A stretch of DNA of 63,454 nucleotides, the filler included, from Octopus bimaculoides (Eukaryota), in assembly GCF_001194135.2 (NCBI RefSeq). It is 5 parts of 5 records of this genome, joined end to end, with 100 filler letters (N's around TTAATTAATTAA, not from the genome) between each part and the next. Parts side by side here need not be neighbours in the genome. Positions count along the whole stretch, not along the records: positions 15,181 to 44,999 come from NC_068986.1; positions 45,100 to 58,371 come from NC_068982.1; 3 more parts are not named here. One strand, 5' to 3'. Position 1 is the first letter of the stretch. Each line of letters opens with the position of its first letter. This document shows positions 38,720 through 50,519 of this stretch, in pieces. A model generated the notes under the pieces. The model saw nothing but the letters and a program-made list of their open reading frames with translations, did no database searches and was not told the DNA's origin. A program made the translations under genes and the position numbers.

Positions 38720-38965
38720 TCATCATCATCATCATCATCATCATCGTTTAACGTCCGCTTTCCATGCTAGCATGGGTTGGACGATTTGACTGAGGACTGG
38801 TGAAACCGGATGGCAACACCAGGCTCCAGTCTGATTTGGCAGAGTTTCTACAGCTGGATGCCCTTCCTAACGCCAACCACTCAGAGAGTGTAGTGGGTGC
38901 TTTTACGTGTCACCCGCACGAAAACGGCCACGCTCGAAATGGTGTCTTTTATGTGCCACCCGCAC
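38720..38965 (-). mobile_element. SINE family E young copy
   Basis: (CAT)n-CGTTTAACGTCCGCTTTCCATGCTAGCATGGGTTGGACG...GGATGCCCTTCCTAACGCCAACC. Older copies at ~23370-23760, 24870-25110, 27910-28150 and 36510-36600. Confidence 0.8.
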
Positions 38966-39457
38966 AAATATATGTATATGTATGTATATATATATATATA
39001 TGTGTATATGTATGTATATATATATATATNNNNNNNNNNNNNNNNNNNNNNNNNNNNNNNNNNNNNNNNNNNNNNNNNNNNNNNNNNNNNNNNNNNNNNN
39101 NNNNNNNNNNNNNNNNNNNNNNNNNNNNNNNNNNNNNNNNNNNNNNNNNNNNNNNNNNNNNNNNNNNNNNNNNNNNNNNNNNNNNNNNNNNNNNNNNNNN
39201 NNNNNNNNNNNNNNNNNNNNNNNNNNNNNNNNNNNNNNNNNNNNNNNNNNNNNNNNNNNNNNNNNNNNNNNNNNNNNNNNNNNNNNNNNNNNNNNNNNNN
39301 NNNNNNNNNNNNNNNNNNNNNNNNNNNNNNNNNNNNNNNNNNNNNNNNNNNNNNNNNNNNNNNNNNNNNNNNNNNNNNNNNNNNNNNNNNNNNNNNNNNN
39401 NNNNNNNNNNNNNNNNNNNNNNNNNNNNNNNNNNNNNNNNNNNNNNNNNNNNNNNNN

Positions 39458-39542
<85 letters not shown>

Positions 39543-39620
39543 GTGTATGTATGTGTATGTATGTATGTGTATGTATGTATGTGTATGTATGTATGTGTAT
39601 GTATGTATGTGTATGTATGC

Positions 39621-39666
<46 letters not shown>

Positions 39667-41244
39667 AGAAGGTTGAAAAGGAACACACAAGTTGATATGT
39701 ATATAAGGAAAATAAGACAAGGTAGAAAATGCTAAAATAAATTTATCATGAAGAACATTTTAGTACTGGTTTCTGTCTTCGTTGAATATATATTGGTTGA
39801 AATTACCCAAATATGACAACTTTAACACAAAATAACTTTCAAAATACGAAATTTGGTCAAAAATATTCAGAGTAAATTGTGTTCTATGTGAGAAATTCTA
39901 CCAGTATTCAAAGTTTCAAACTGTTTAGTTAAAAAGGAAAATTAATTTTAAAAAATGTGATTGAGATGGAATAGATCCAAATCAAGTTTAAAATAATGGT
40001 CATTACATATTTTCCCTTTATTGGAGTAAATTTGGCTTACAGCTGTTTCCAGTAGTCATTAAAGGTACATTACAGATAGGTTTACTCAACTAGTCTATTG
40101 ATCAGTTGCGGAAAATTGAACGACCTAAAATTAATTCTACTTTCATCAGAGCCATTTCTGATTATAACAAACAGAACACTAAAGGAATGGCTACTGTATG
40201 AAAGTGAGGGAAGATGGAAAGATACAAATAGAATAGAGAAAGACAGGTTACAAAGGGAAGGAGAAAGGGATGTCAATAGAAGCAGGGGCATTGAACTGCC
40301 AAAATTTGGAAGAGGACAGTCCTAAAACAGTGCTTGTAGTCAGGTCAGCACACATTACCATACTGATTTCAAGATTTGACACAAGGCCAGCTATTGGGGG
40401 GGGGGGTAGTCGATTACATCAACCCCAATGTTCAACAGGTACTTATTTTATTGACCCCGAAAGGATGAAAGGCAAAGACAACCTCGATGGAGTTTGAACT
40501 CACAACGTAAAGATGGAGGAAATGCCACTAAACATTTTTCTCAGCATGCAAACAGTTCTGCCAGCTTACTGCTTTAACACACATTACCATAATAGCATTG
40601 TATATAGATTAGATATTCTCCAACCATTGTGGTGAAATTTGATATGGACTTTTTATAGACATGGTCAGTCTCAGACTGTAATGTTCAGTTGTTGCTAGGG
40701 ATATTATATTAGAAAATAAAGGGATATCATTTGTAGAGGTCAGGAATGTTCTTACTATCCAGGATATAAATACTGATAGATTGAGAGATGTTGTTACAGA
40801 TGGGATGATGTCAAATAGTTGAAAATTAATTGTAAATTCAGACTTAACCTGGTAAGACTGGTTTTAAAATTTTAAACTAGTAAAAAGGGTTACAGATTAA
40901 AATTTGAACGAAAGTTAGTTTCTAGATTTAGCATTAAAGCAAACTAAGATATAAAAGAATTAAAATAAATTTGTGGAGTAATACGTGATACTAAAACAAT
41001 AATGATGAAGGTGACATCAGCAACAGCAACAAAAAAATATTACAAAGTAATAAAAAAAAACAAGAACCATACGGGAATAATAGAACAGCAACAAGAGAGT
41101 AAATTCTGATTATGCTGCACTGTACAATGCTAAGGTGCCTCGACTGAGGGAAGGATTCAACCAAAACCCAAATTAAAAGACTGACAACCTGAATGACTGG
41201 CCTATATAGATGAAAATCCTGAAACCTATACAAGACGCAGGTGT

Positions 41245-41575
41245 GCCTGTGAGGTAAGAAGCTTGCTTCCCAACCACATGGTTCCGGTTGCTTGGGACCT
41301 TTCTGCAAGTGTCTTCTACTATAGCCTCGAGCTAACCAAAGCCTTGTGAGTGGATTTGGTAGACGGAAACTGAAAGAAGCCCTTAGTGTGTGTGTGTGTA
41401 TGTGTGTATATATATATATATATGCTCGTATCTGTTTGTCCCCCTACCATCGATTGACAACCGATGTTGGTGTGTTTATGTCTCCATAACCTAGCAGTTC
41501 GGCAAAAAGAGACCGATAGAAATACTAAGCTTACGAAGAATAAGCCCTAGGCTCGATTTGTTCGAATAAAGGCGA
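41245..41575 (+). mobile_element. SINE family A/B copy
   Basis: Head, (TG/TA)n and body as at 8717-9150. Confidence 0.8.
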
Positions 41576-43026
41576 AAATTTTTACATGAAACAATAGGCA
41601 ATGTTTAATAAATGATTAAGTTGACAGTTTGTTAGGGTTTCTGAATGGCGAAGTATATTCCATGTTGTAATTTCTCAAAGCAATTTGTTTTCGGTGCACT
41701 AATTATTTCCTATTGTTTCTTTAGGTGTGTGTGTGTGGAAAGAAGCTTGGTTTTAAGACATCCTATGTATCATGATGAGAGAAACAAATTTATAAATAGT
41801 GTTGAATGGTTCCACTATGAGAAAGAAGTTATGGTCGATTTAGTTGTTTTCAGCACATCTCCACCGTTGGGATCTTTTAGGAAAATGGATATCTTATAAT
41901 GATGAAATTTTATATAAATACCTTTCAAACGGCATAGATTACAATAATAAAGAAATTTGTGGAGAAAATGTTTTCCGATGGCAGGACTTTCGAAGAGAAA
42001 GAAATTCATGAATTATTTTTTCTATGAGGTAAAATTTTTAGATTTTCGTTTGAGCAATAGAAAAAGTTTTTTAAAAAAAGGTCCCATGCATCATGGTGTA
42101 GAATATGGTTTCATTGTGGGGAAAAAAAAAGTTAAAGGCGATTCAGCTGTTTTTAACACATCTCACGACCATCTGATACCTTCTTTGTTTAATATTTTCG
42201 GTTAATTACAAGATCTTTCAGTCACCAATAAGCAAGTTAACAAGCCTAATGGGGGTAGGTAGGGCTGTATTAAATATTCAACAGTATAAGCCTAATGGGG
42301 ATAACAAGTGTTGTATCGAATGTTTATAATCGGTTCGTTGGCGCAAATTTGGGGGCTAATGCAGAATCGCACCTCTCCTTCAGCATTAGCTCCAGCAGAC
42401 TGGTTTTCTTTTTGTTAACGGGTGAAGATCTTTATATTAACCAATTTTTGTTTTCATATTTGTTTAATACACGCGCTTTCTTTCACACATATAAAATTTT
42501 TTTTTTGTTTTTGTTTTGATGGCCGGGTGTGAAAGTAAACATTAACCCATGTAATAAAATCAAGAAATCATTACAACTAATTATTCTACCTCATTCTGAA
42601 AAAAAAAAAAAGAATTCTGACTTCGTGTCTGCATTAGAAAATAATCACCATAAATCAATTTTGTTGTATCAAACACAGAATCTTTTTTCTTTTCATCTAT
42701 TCGCTTTTCCCCCCGTCTTTCTTTTTAGTTTGTTCATTCCTCTGTAAAACATTACCATTGTCAGATTTTAGAGGGGTGAAGAGTAAATATAACAGCATTT
42801 AAATTTTTGCGCCAAACTAACAAATACATGAATTGACTTTAAAAGAAACATACATCAGAATAATTATATCTAAACATTAAAAAGTGGCTACGTAAAGTTT
42901 AGTCATTCTTGTATATATTATGACATTATTATCCTTGTATATGATATTAAACATATAAAAACTTTTCCTAATGTAGAAAAAGAATGAAGTACATTCAGGG
43001 TAACAAAAATTTTCAAACAGACTTAC

Positions 43027-43100
43027 CAAATCAACAACACTTAATTCAAATGTTTAGAGAGACATTCAAACAATATTGAAGTTACCCGCCATGGACAGAG
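43027..43100 (-). other. Probable non-coding first exon of the sororin-like gene
   Basis: Strong donor TTG|GTAAGT (43026-43021) just downstream of a GC-rich promoter-motif cluster. The nearest suitable acceptor is the 5'UTR acceptor at 35182. The 5' boundary is uncertain. Confidence 0.5.
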
Positions 43101-43135
43101 TTTACATTGCGCATGCGTGTTCGCGCCCAAACTAT
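43043..43135 (-). promoter_or_regulatory. Putative cell-cycle gene promoter (E2F, NRF1, YY1, CHR motifs)
   Basis: On the minus strand: TTTGGGCGCG (E2F-like, ~43122-43131), TGCGCATGCG (NRF1, 43108-43117), CCGCCAT/ATGGCG (YY1, 43086-43092) and two TTTGAA (CHR) motifs at ~43045-43070. Further E2F-like TTGGCGC motifs occur at ~42338 and ~42807. Confidence 0.5.
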
Positions 43136-43243
43136 TATAAGATGTATGACAAGGTGCGAGATTAAGAAGGAAATATTAAAAATATTTAATATTTCCACCT
43201 GCAACTTTTTTTCTCTTTGAAAGTTGCATCAATTAAATTCCAG

Positions 43244-44051
43244 GGCACTGTCATGGTATTAGCTGTCAGAAGCGAAAGTAGAAAAATCTAAACAAGGAAT
43301 GTTACTGCTGGTTTGAGTTGAAATCTGTTTCTTTGGCTACTGACTGGCCGGAGCTAGCTATCTATCTATCTAGCTAGCTAGCTAGCTAGCTATCTATCTA
43401 GCTAGCTAGCTAGCTATCTATCTATCTGTCTGTCTGTCTGTCTATCTCTCTATCACTCGTCCACCTTCGTTTGTTTCCGTAGAATTTATCAAATTAGATG
43501 GCTACTTCCATCATGCTAGCTCCACACGAGGGGCATATTTTGGGGGTATTTAAAAGTCCATGTCTCTTAAGCCAATTAATACTATTTTCTGTTGTGGCGA
43601 TGGCAATATCGCGATGATTAATTCCAACTTTGGATTACGCGTGGTGGTAGTGCTGATTGGTGTATGTGATTTGTTTTTAAAAACAATAATGAATAATGCA
43701 AAAATATATTTATTTATAAAGTTTAAACTGAACATGAAATGAAATATATTTATTTATAAAGTTTAAACTGAATTTCATTTGTTTAAATTCTACGGAAACG
43801 CATTTTCTAATTTGATAAATTCTACGGAAATGCATTTTCTAATTTGATAAATTCTACGGAAACAAACGAAGGTGGACAAGTGATAGATAGATAGATAGAT
43901 AGAGGGAGAGAGAGAGAGAGAGAGACAGACAAGACAGATAGCTCCGGCCAGTCAGTAGCCAAAGAAACAGATTTCAACTCAAACCAGCAGTAACATTCCT
44001 TGTTTGGATTTTTCTACTTTCATTTCTGACAGCTAATACCATGACAGTGCC
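43244..44051 (-). mobile_element. Internally deleted Merlin (IS1595-like) DNA transposon with long TIRs and 8-bp TSD
   Basis: TIRs GGCACTGTCATGGTATTAGCTGTCAGAA... / ...TTCTGACAGCTAATACCATGACAGTGCC extend ~250 bp and include an internal microsatellite. TSD AATTCCAG at 43236-43243 and 44052-44059. The minus-strand internal frame reads ...TTENSINWLKRHGLLNTPKICPSCGASMM, like a Merlin transposase N-terminus (WL...GLL...CxxC..M). The GGCAC terminus fits the GGNRM consensus. Confidence 0.8.
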
Positions 44052-45099
44052 AATTCCAGAATTGATTCCAATGTAATATTTGTTTAATAAACGTTACTGG
44101 TTGGCAGGAATATATCTAAAGGATATGTATATGTTAGGCGGCGAGCAGAATCGTTAGCACGCCTAGCAAAATGCGGATATTTGTGGTTATCGTCAGTCTA
44201 CAATTTTGTTCCAATTGTTTCCAAGTTCGGGTTAGGGATTAAGTTTTGCATGCCAATTATGAAAATCCAATTCATTTTCCCTATAAATTCATAATTAAAA
44301 AGTTATTAGCCTTTAAAATTTGGGTATTTTAGCCAATCAGAAGCGACTATTTTACACATTACCGTAAAGTTCTGTTAGCATATTAAGCAAAGAAGCACCT
44401 GATTGCGAAGAAGTCGGTTTCGATAGTAACCAAAGATGCTGCGCATACGCACTAGCAGTCTGATTGAGAGTACCTGGGCATTTTTAAAGCGTGGAAACAA
44501 ACGCAGGTGTGGGATACACCGTTCCATTGCTGATTCTTAACTTTGTGAATTTATGTGGGAAGGATACATGAGAAAGATAATTCATTTTATAAAATGCTAG
44601 TGTATTGCAAACTTTCGTTCATGAGTTTTTTTAATCAATAAATATCTGTTTCAAGCAATGTTTTTGTTATATGGACTGTTATTTCTCGCAACTCCTGTTG
44701 GTTTGCTCATGGCTTTTAAATCTAATTTGCTCGCAAATCTTTAAATGTTTTTCACTGTTTACTGTAGCTAGTTTAATGTTTTGACATGCTGGTACCCCAT
44801 CCCCTTTCTTGCTACTGTGACATGATGGAAGACGCCGCGAACGCGCTGTTTTCTGGTTGGCTGAAAATTTTGAAAATTATCCGGGTTCAGCCCCACTGCG
44901 TGGCACCTTGGGCAGGTGTCTTCTATTATTGCCTCGGGCCGACCAAAACCTTGTGAGTGGATTTGGTAGACGGAAACTGAAAGAAGCCCGTCGTATATAN
45001 NNNNNNNNNNNNNNNNNNNNNNNNNNNNNNNNNNNNNNNNNNNTTAATTAATTAANNNNNNNNNNNNNNNNNNNNNNNNNNNNNNNNNNNNNNNNNNNN

Positions 45100-45333
45100 G
45101 GCTACTCGACCTGAAGAAAATTCTAACTGGGCCCCACCTGCGAGGTCATGCATTGTTTATCTTGATATGAGATCACCATGTCACGCACATATGGTTGTGG
45201 TGCATGTGCCTGGTGTACTCTTATCAGACGGGTAGTCATGATGGGTATACTGGGCTTCGTATATTTTACCCCAGTGTCACTTTGATGGCATGCACTGCTC
45301 TCTCACTCAATAATAATAATAATAATAATAATA

Positions 45334-45391
<58 letters not shown>

Positions 45392-46330
45392 CGATGATGA
45401 TGCAGTACCAGGCAGAGGCTTTTATGGATCCTCATAATTTTGAGATCACCATGTCATGTACATTATTTTGTCTTGATATAAAAGATGGGTTACACCAAAT
45501 ATTCTACTCAATACCACAGATTTGTTTGTCAGTTGTTTGACTTTAACCAGTTGAACATGTCCCTTAGTGGCTGACGATATGTGCACCTCTGATTACGAGC
45601 AGAAGTAGTGGGCGAGCATTCATGTGTTGAAAGGAATTTGGGGGGGGGGAGGTTGGATTTTGAGATCACCATGTCATGCACATATAGTTGTGATGCATGT
45701 GCCTGGCGTACCCTTATCAGACAGGTAGTCATAATGGGTATACTGAGCTTCGTATATTTTACTCCAGTGTCACTTTGATAGCATGCAGTGCTCTCTCACT
45801 CAATAATAATAATAAAATGCCCTGATGTAGTACCAAGCAATGGCTTTCAAAACAAACCCCCTGATGCAGTACCACGCAGTGGCTCCCATGGCTTCTCATC
45901 TTAACTGATTGTAAGTGTTATCATGTACATTGTTTTGTCTCCGTATAAAAGACAGGTTACAGCAAATATTCTGCTCAGTACCACAGATTTGCTTGTCAGT
46001 TGTTTGACCTTAACCAGTTGAGCATGTCCCTTAGTGGCTGACGATATGTGCATCTCTTATCACGAGGAGAAGTAGTGGGGATCATAGCCATGTGTTGAGA
46101 AGAATTCTTTGGAGTTTGAATAATTCACCTCTGGAAACATGGGTGTTTCGCTCAACATCCTTAAACAGCCATTATTCAAAGGACCATTTGAGCGGGATGG
46201 GCTACTCGACCAGAAGAAAATTCTAACTGAGCCCCACCTGCAAGGTCATATCCTGTTTATCTTTATATGAGATCACCATGTCGCGCAAATATGGTTGTGA
46301 TGCATGTGCCAGGGGAACACTTAGCAGACA
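45100..46330. repeat. Tandem, partly deleted copies of a ~500-600-bp interspersed repeat bounded by (AAT)n/(GAT)n
   Basis: GAGATCACCATGTC recurs at ~45170, ~45442, ~45662 and ~46270. ...CTCTCACTCAATAATAAT recurs at ~45300 and ~45795. An inverted fragment lies at ~48530-48730. Confidence 0.75.
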
Positions 46331-46349
46331 GGTAGTCATAATGGATGTA

Positions 46350-46468
46350 CTGGGCATCCGAAAGGATGAAAGGAAAAGTCGACCCCATCGGAATTTGAAC
46401 TAAGAACGTAGCGGCAGATGTGCTAACGATTCGGCCAGCTCGCCGCCTTAATAATAATGATGATAATG

Positions 46469-46533
<65 letters not shown>

Positions 46534-46838
46534 TTGAACTCAGAACCGAGGACGAGCGAAATACAACTAAGCATCTTGCCCGGCGTGTTAACGATTCTGC
46601 CAGCTCGCCGCCTTAATAATATTAATTCTTTCTACAAGAAGTACCAGGCCTCAAATTTGGGGGAGGGGATTAAGTTGATTACATCGACCCCAGTGCATAA
46701 CTGCTACTTATTTAATCGACCCCAAAAGGATGAAAGGCAAAGTCTACCTCAGTGGAATTTGATCTCAGAACGTAGGGACAGTCGAAATGCCACTGAGCAT
46801 TTCGTCCGGCGTGCTGATTCTGCCACCTTGCTGCCTTA
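46350..46838 (-). mobile_element. Stack of three family C SINE copies separated by (AAT)n
   Basis: Three CTGCCA(G/C)CT(C/T)GC(C/T)GCCTT head ends at ~46450, ~46615 and ~46838, each followed by AAT/AAC repeats. Confidence 0.75.
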
Positions 46839-46867
46839 ACAACAACAACAACAACAACAACAGCACC

Positions 46868-46938
<71 letters not shown>

Positions 46939-46939
46939 T

Positions 46940-47759
46940 AAAGGAGACGTTGCATTGTAGATTCCCAAAAGATAGTTACCGCAAATAGTAGTAGCGAGAC
47001 ATGGTTATGGTTTCAGAAAGGAAAGCTGAAAAGAATGACAGAGTGTTTGTTAGTAGCAGCACAAAATCAAGCATTAAGAACTAATTGGAAAGAATCCAAG
47101 AAAGACAAAATCCAAGTAAATTGCCAGTGTAGGTTATGCAAATCAAAAAAGAAAAAGCGTTACTCATATAGTAAGTGAATGCTGCATGCTGGCACAGAAA
47201 TAATACAAGAAAAGACATGACAACCCAGGGAGAGTAATCCATTGGGAGTTATGTAGAAAGCTAGGATTTGAGCATACTGATAAATGGAATGATCACGAAC
47301 CTAGTAAAGTACTAAAAAGTAAGAAATATAAGATGTTGTGGGACTTCAACATTCAGACTGACAGAGTAATAGAAGCTAGAATGCTGGTTTAGTAGTAGTA
47401 TTTAAAGAGAATAGAACATACCAGATAATCCACTTTACAGTTCCGAATGATGAAAAAATCAATATGAGAGGTATAGAAAAATAGCTAAGAATGGGGCCTA
47501 TCCATTGAATTACAAAGACTATGGAAATTGCGGGTAAAATGCATCGCAGCAGTTATAGGTGCATTGCGAACTATCCCTAAAGATCTGAACAGATGGATAG
47601 AGGAAATAGGCATAAAACCCAGTTTAGTACAGCTCCAGAAAACAGTGTTATTAGGGACAGATAGTATACTAAGGAAAGTTCTTGGCACCTAAGGCAACTT
47701 GTAGCTTGATGTGAGGATTTTTTCCTTTGCAACAGTAAAATCTGTTGTGTGTATATGAA

Positions 47760-47760
<1 letters not shown>
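46940..47760 (+). mobile_element. R4/Dong-clade LINE 3' fragment between two (TAA)n arrays
   Basis: Reads WLWFQKGKL...TECLLVAAQNQALRT, CRLCKSK...HIVSEC..LAQ..Y.KRHD, LWDFNIQTDRVIEAR.PD and ends ...RKVLGT*. The 3' end runs into (AAT)n at 47759-47795; (AAT)n also lies at 46868-46935. Confidence 0.75.
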
Positions 47761-47796
<36 letters not shown>

Positions 47797-48008
47797 GGTT
47801 TTTACCTGAGGGTTTACTCTTTTAAGCTCAGCGACAAATATATATACAAAGAGAGAGTGAGAGGGAGAGAGGGAGGGGGAATGAAANNNNNNNNNNNNNN
47901 NNNNNNNNNNNNNNNNNNNNNNNNNNNNNNNNNNNNNNNNNNNNNNNNNNNNNNNNNNNNNNNNNNNNNNNNNNNNNNNNNNNNNNNNNNNNNNNNNNNN
48001 NNNNNNNN

Positions 48009-48043
<35 letters not shown>

Positions 48044-48045
48044 TG

Positions 48046-48114
<69 letters not shown>

Positions 48115-49439
48115 AAAGATAATAGATAAAAAGATAGATAGATAGACAGATTTGTCCGCGTGTTTTTTTTTCCTGTGTAATTGAAGCTGCGAAGACCAAA
48201 GTTCAATAAAGTACAATTAGTTTTCTTTCCTTTGTCGCTCTCTAAAATCTATTCAGATCATTAACCGACAGTAATTTCTACGTTATTTGAAGTTTAGAAA
48301 GTTGCAAGAGCCTCATCAATAAGAATTATATCGATCTCCACTAAATCTCTGTTAATCTTGAAATATACGACACTTATCTCTAACTGAAAGAAGCAAGCAG
48401 TAAGTAAACTACAAAGTGAAGATCTTCAGCATTATAAACGGAAGTTGGCTCAACACAATGATTACACTGTGTAACACTACCCTGAAAAAGTATAAAAAAT
48501 GGTTAATAATTCCATCAAACTTTACTTTTAAGATATTTATTCAAATCCCAAAGAATCTCTCTCAATACAGGGCTGTGATGATCCTCCACTACTTCTGTTC
48601 ATGGTCAAAGATGCATAAATTGTCAGCCACTGAGGGTCTACCTGAACTGGTTAAGGTCATGCAACTGACTAGCAAACCTGTGGTATTGAGCAGGATATTT
48701 TGCTATAACGATATTTTTGCTTCAGCAATTCAGTGCTGAATCTGTTTGAAATGTAATGGAAAATAGGTCAGTTTCAAAACATTGATATCTGGCTCACAAA
48801 AGTAATGCATGAGGGGTAAAAGTAGCCATTTCCTTTGATTTCTAGAGAGAAGCAAATAGGAAATAACACTTAGTGACCAAAAACAAAATAAAATGAAATA
48901 AAATAAAAATAAAATAAGAATTTTGTTAAAATAGCGTTCTTTAACTGTGGAATTTTATTAAAGAAACTTCGATAAACCGGTGTGTAGAACATTTATATTT
49001 GCACAAACATAGGATGGCCCAACTGCAATAGTTTACCTCAAGGAAACATTTGTGTTAAAATCATAGGGTCCACTCAAGGCTCCGCTGAAATAAGATAATG
49101 CTACAATTAAGGCACGAAATATTAGACAGGAGAGCGGAGTAAATTAAATTTTGGACAGAACATGTTTATGAAAGTAACAATGGAGGTAGATCGAGAAAGT
49201 TGGCAGATCGTCGAACAAAATATCTTGAAACATTTAGTTGCACGTCTTTACGTCCTATGTTGAAATTCTGGTGGACTCAAATACTAGGGTTGATGTAAGT
49301 GAATGTAACCCTTACCTTCTATATTGTAAGTTATGTTAAAAATATACAGGATGCCAAATAACGCTTCATAAACATTCCGACAGCAAACACACAATGTTCA
49401 CCGGACCGAAGTAAAATAATATCAAAGCAATAGTTGAAT

Positions 49440-49640
49440 ATTAATTACATGGAAATCCCGTTACCTGCTTCTTGGCCTCACATGCACCACATCACTGGTT
49501 GTGTAAAAATATGGAAAGTTTAGCTTATGCATCTAGCAGAATGGCAACGATAGTAAGGATGCGATTTGAGGAAATTGTGGTAGAGAATTATTTTTGGCAC
49601 CATCTATCAAAGTTAACAAAATTAAATTCCAGGAGTAAAG
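49440..49640 (+). mobile_element. Second Penelope-like RT-tail remnant, inverted relative to 50520-50700
   Basis: GCACCACATCACTGGTTGTGTAAAAATATGGAAA...AGAATG is similar to the reverse complement of 50560-50635; it translates APHHWLCK...ASSRMATIV. Confidence 0.45.
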
Positions 49641-50519
49641 ATATTTTTTCGGAATGATTTTAGTGAAATATAATTATGCTGTTTCTGCTTGTTTTATTTG
49701 TGATGGTTTTAGCACCTGTTCTGTCTTCAAGACTGCAAGGTATTCTCTTTTGTTCTACAAATATTTGGTTTTCGATTTGTTGTTGTGTAAATATGTTTTT
49801 AGGTGATGGCACATGGCTTAGTGGTTAGGGGTATTCGGTTTATGATCGTAAGGCCGTGAGTTCAGTTCCCGGTGACGCATTGGGTCCTTGAGCAAAACAC
49901 TTTATTTCACGTTGCTCAAGTCCACTCAGCTGACAAAAATGAGTAATACATGTATTTCAAAGGGTCACTCTTGTCATATTCTGTGCCACGCTGAATCTCC
50001 CTGAGAACTACGTTAAGGGTATACGTGTCCGTGATGTGCTCAGTTTCCCGAGCAGGATGTTCCGTTGATCGGATCAACTGGAACCTCGTCGTCGTAACCA
50101 TCGGAGGGCTAGTAGTTACATATATGTACAACAAGTAGTTATAATAGTTGTTGTGTATCTGTTAATATGGTGACATACATATAAATAGGGAGGTACACAT
50201 ATAGTCAGGTAGATGTATAGGGAAGTACATAGAGATGAGGATACACTTATAAAGGGTACTTAAAGAGGGAGAAACGAACAGAGGGACGTAGACCTATGAA
50301 AAGGCACACATATATAAGGCACTATACGTACAGTAATGTACTCAATCAGTACGGGACACATATAGACAACATAAAAGTTTAACGAAATGTCCTATTTTCA
50401 ATTGAATGTTACCCCTTTAATTAGATTCTAAATTGTATATGGGAATGAAAAGATGCGAGGTCCTTGCTTTTTACAAAAGACACTAGCATCAACCAATAAT
50501 AATTGCAAGCTGCAGCCAG

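Noticed and set aside
43700-43865. Short direct repeats suggestive of a CRISPR-like array
   Set aside because: They are adjacent tandem or subterminal repeats inside a eukaryotic DNA transposon, with no unique spacers and no cas genes.
44280-44880. CCAAT/NRF1-like motifs as a divergent promoter
   Set aside because: No downstream exon is identifiable before the scaffold spacer, and the motifs may belong to an unclassified repeat.
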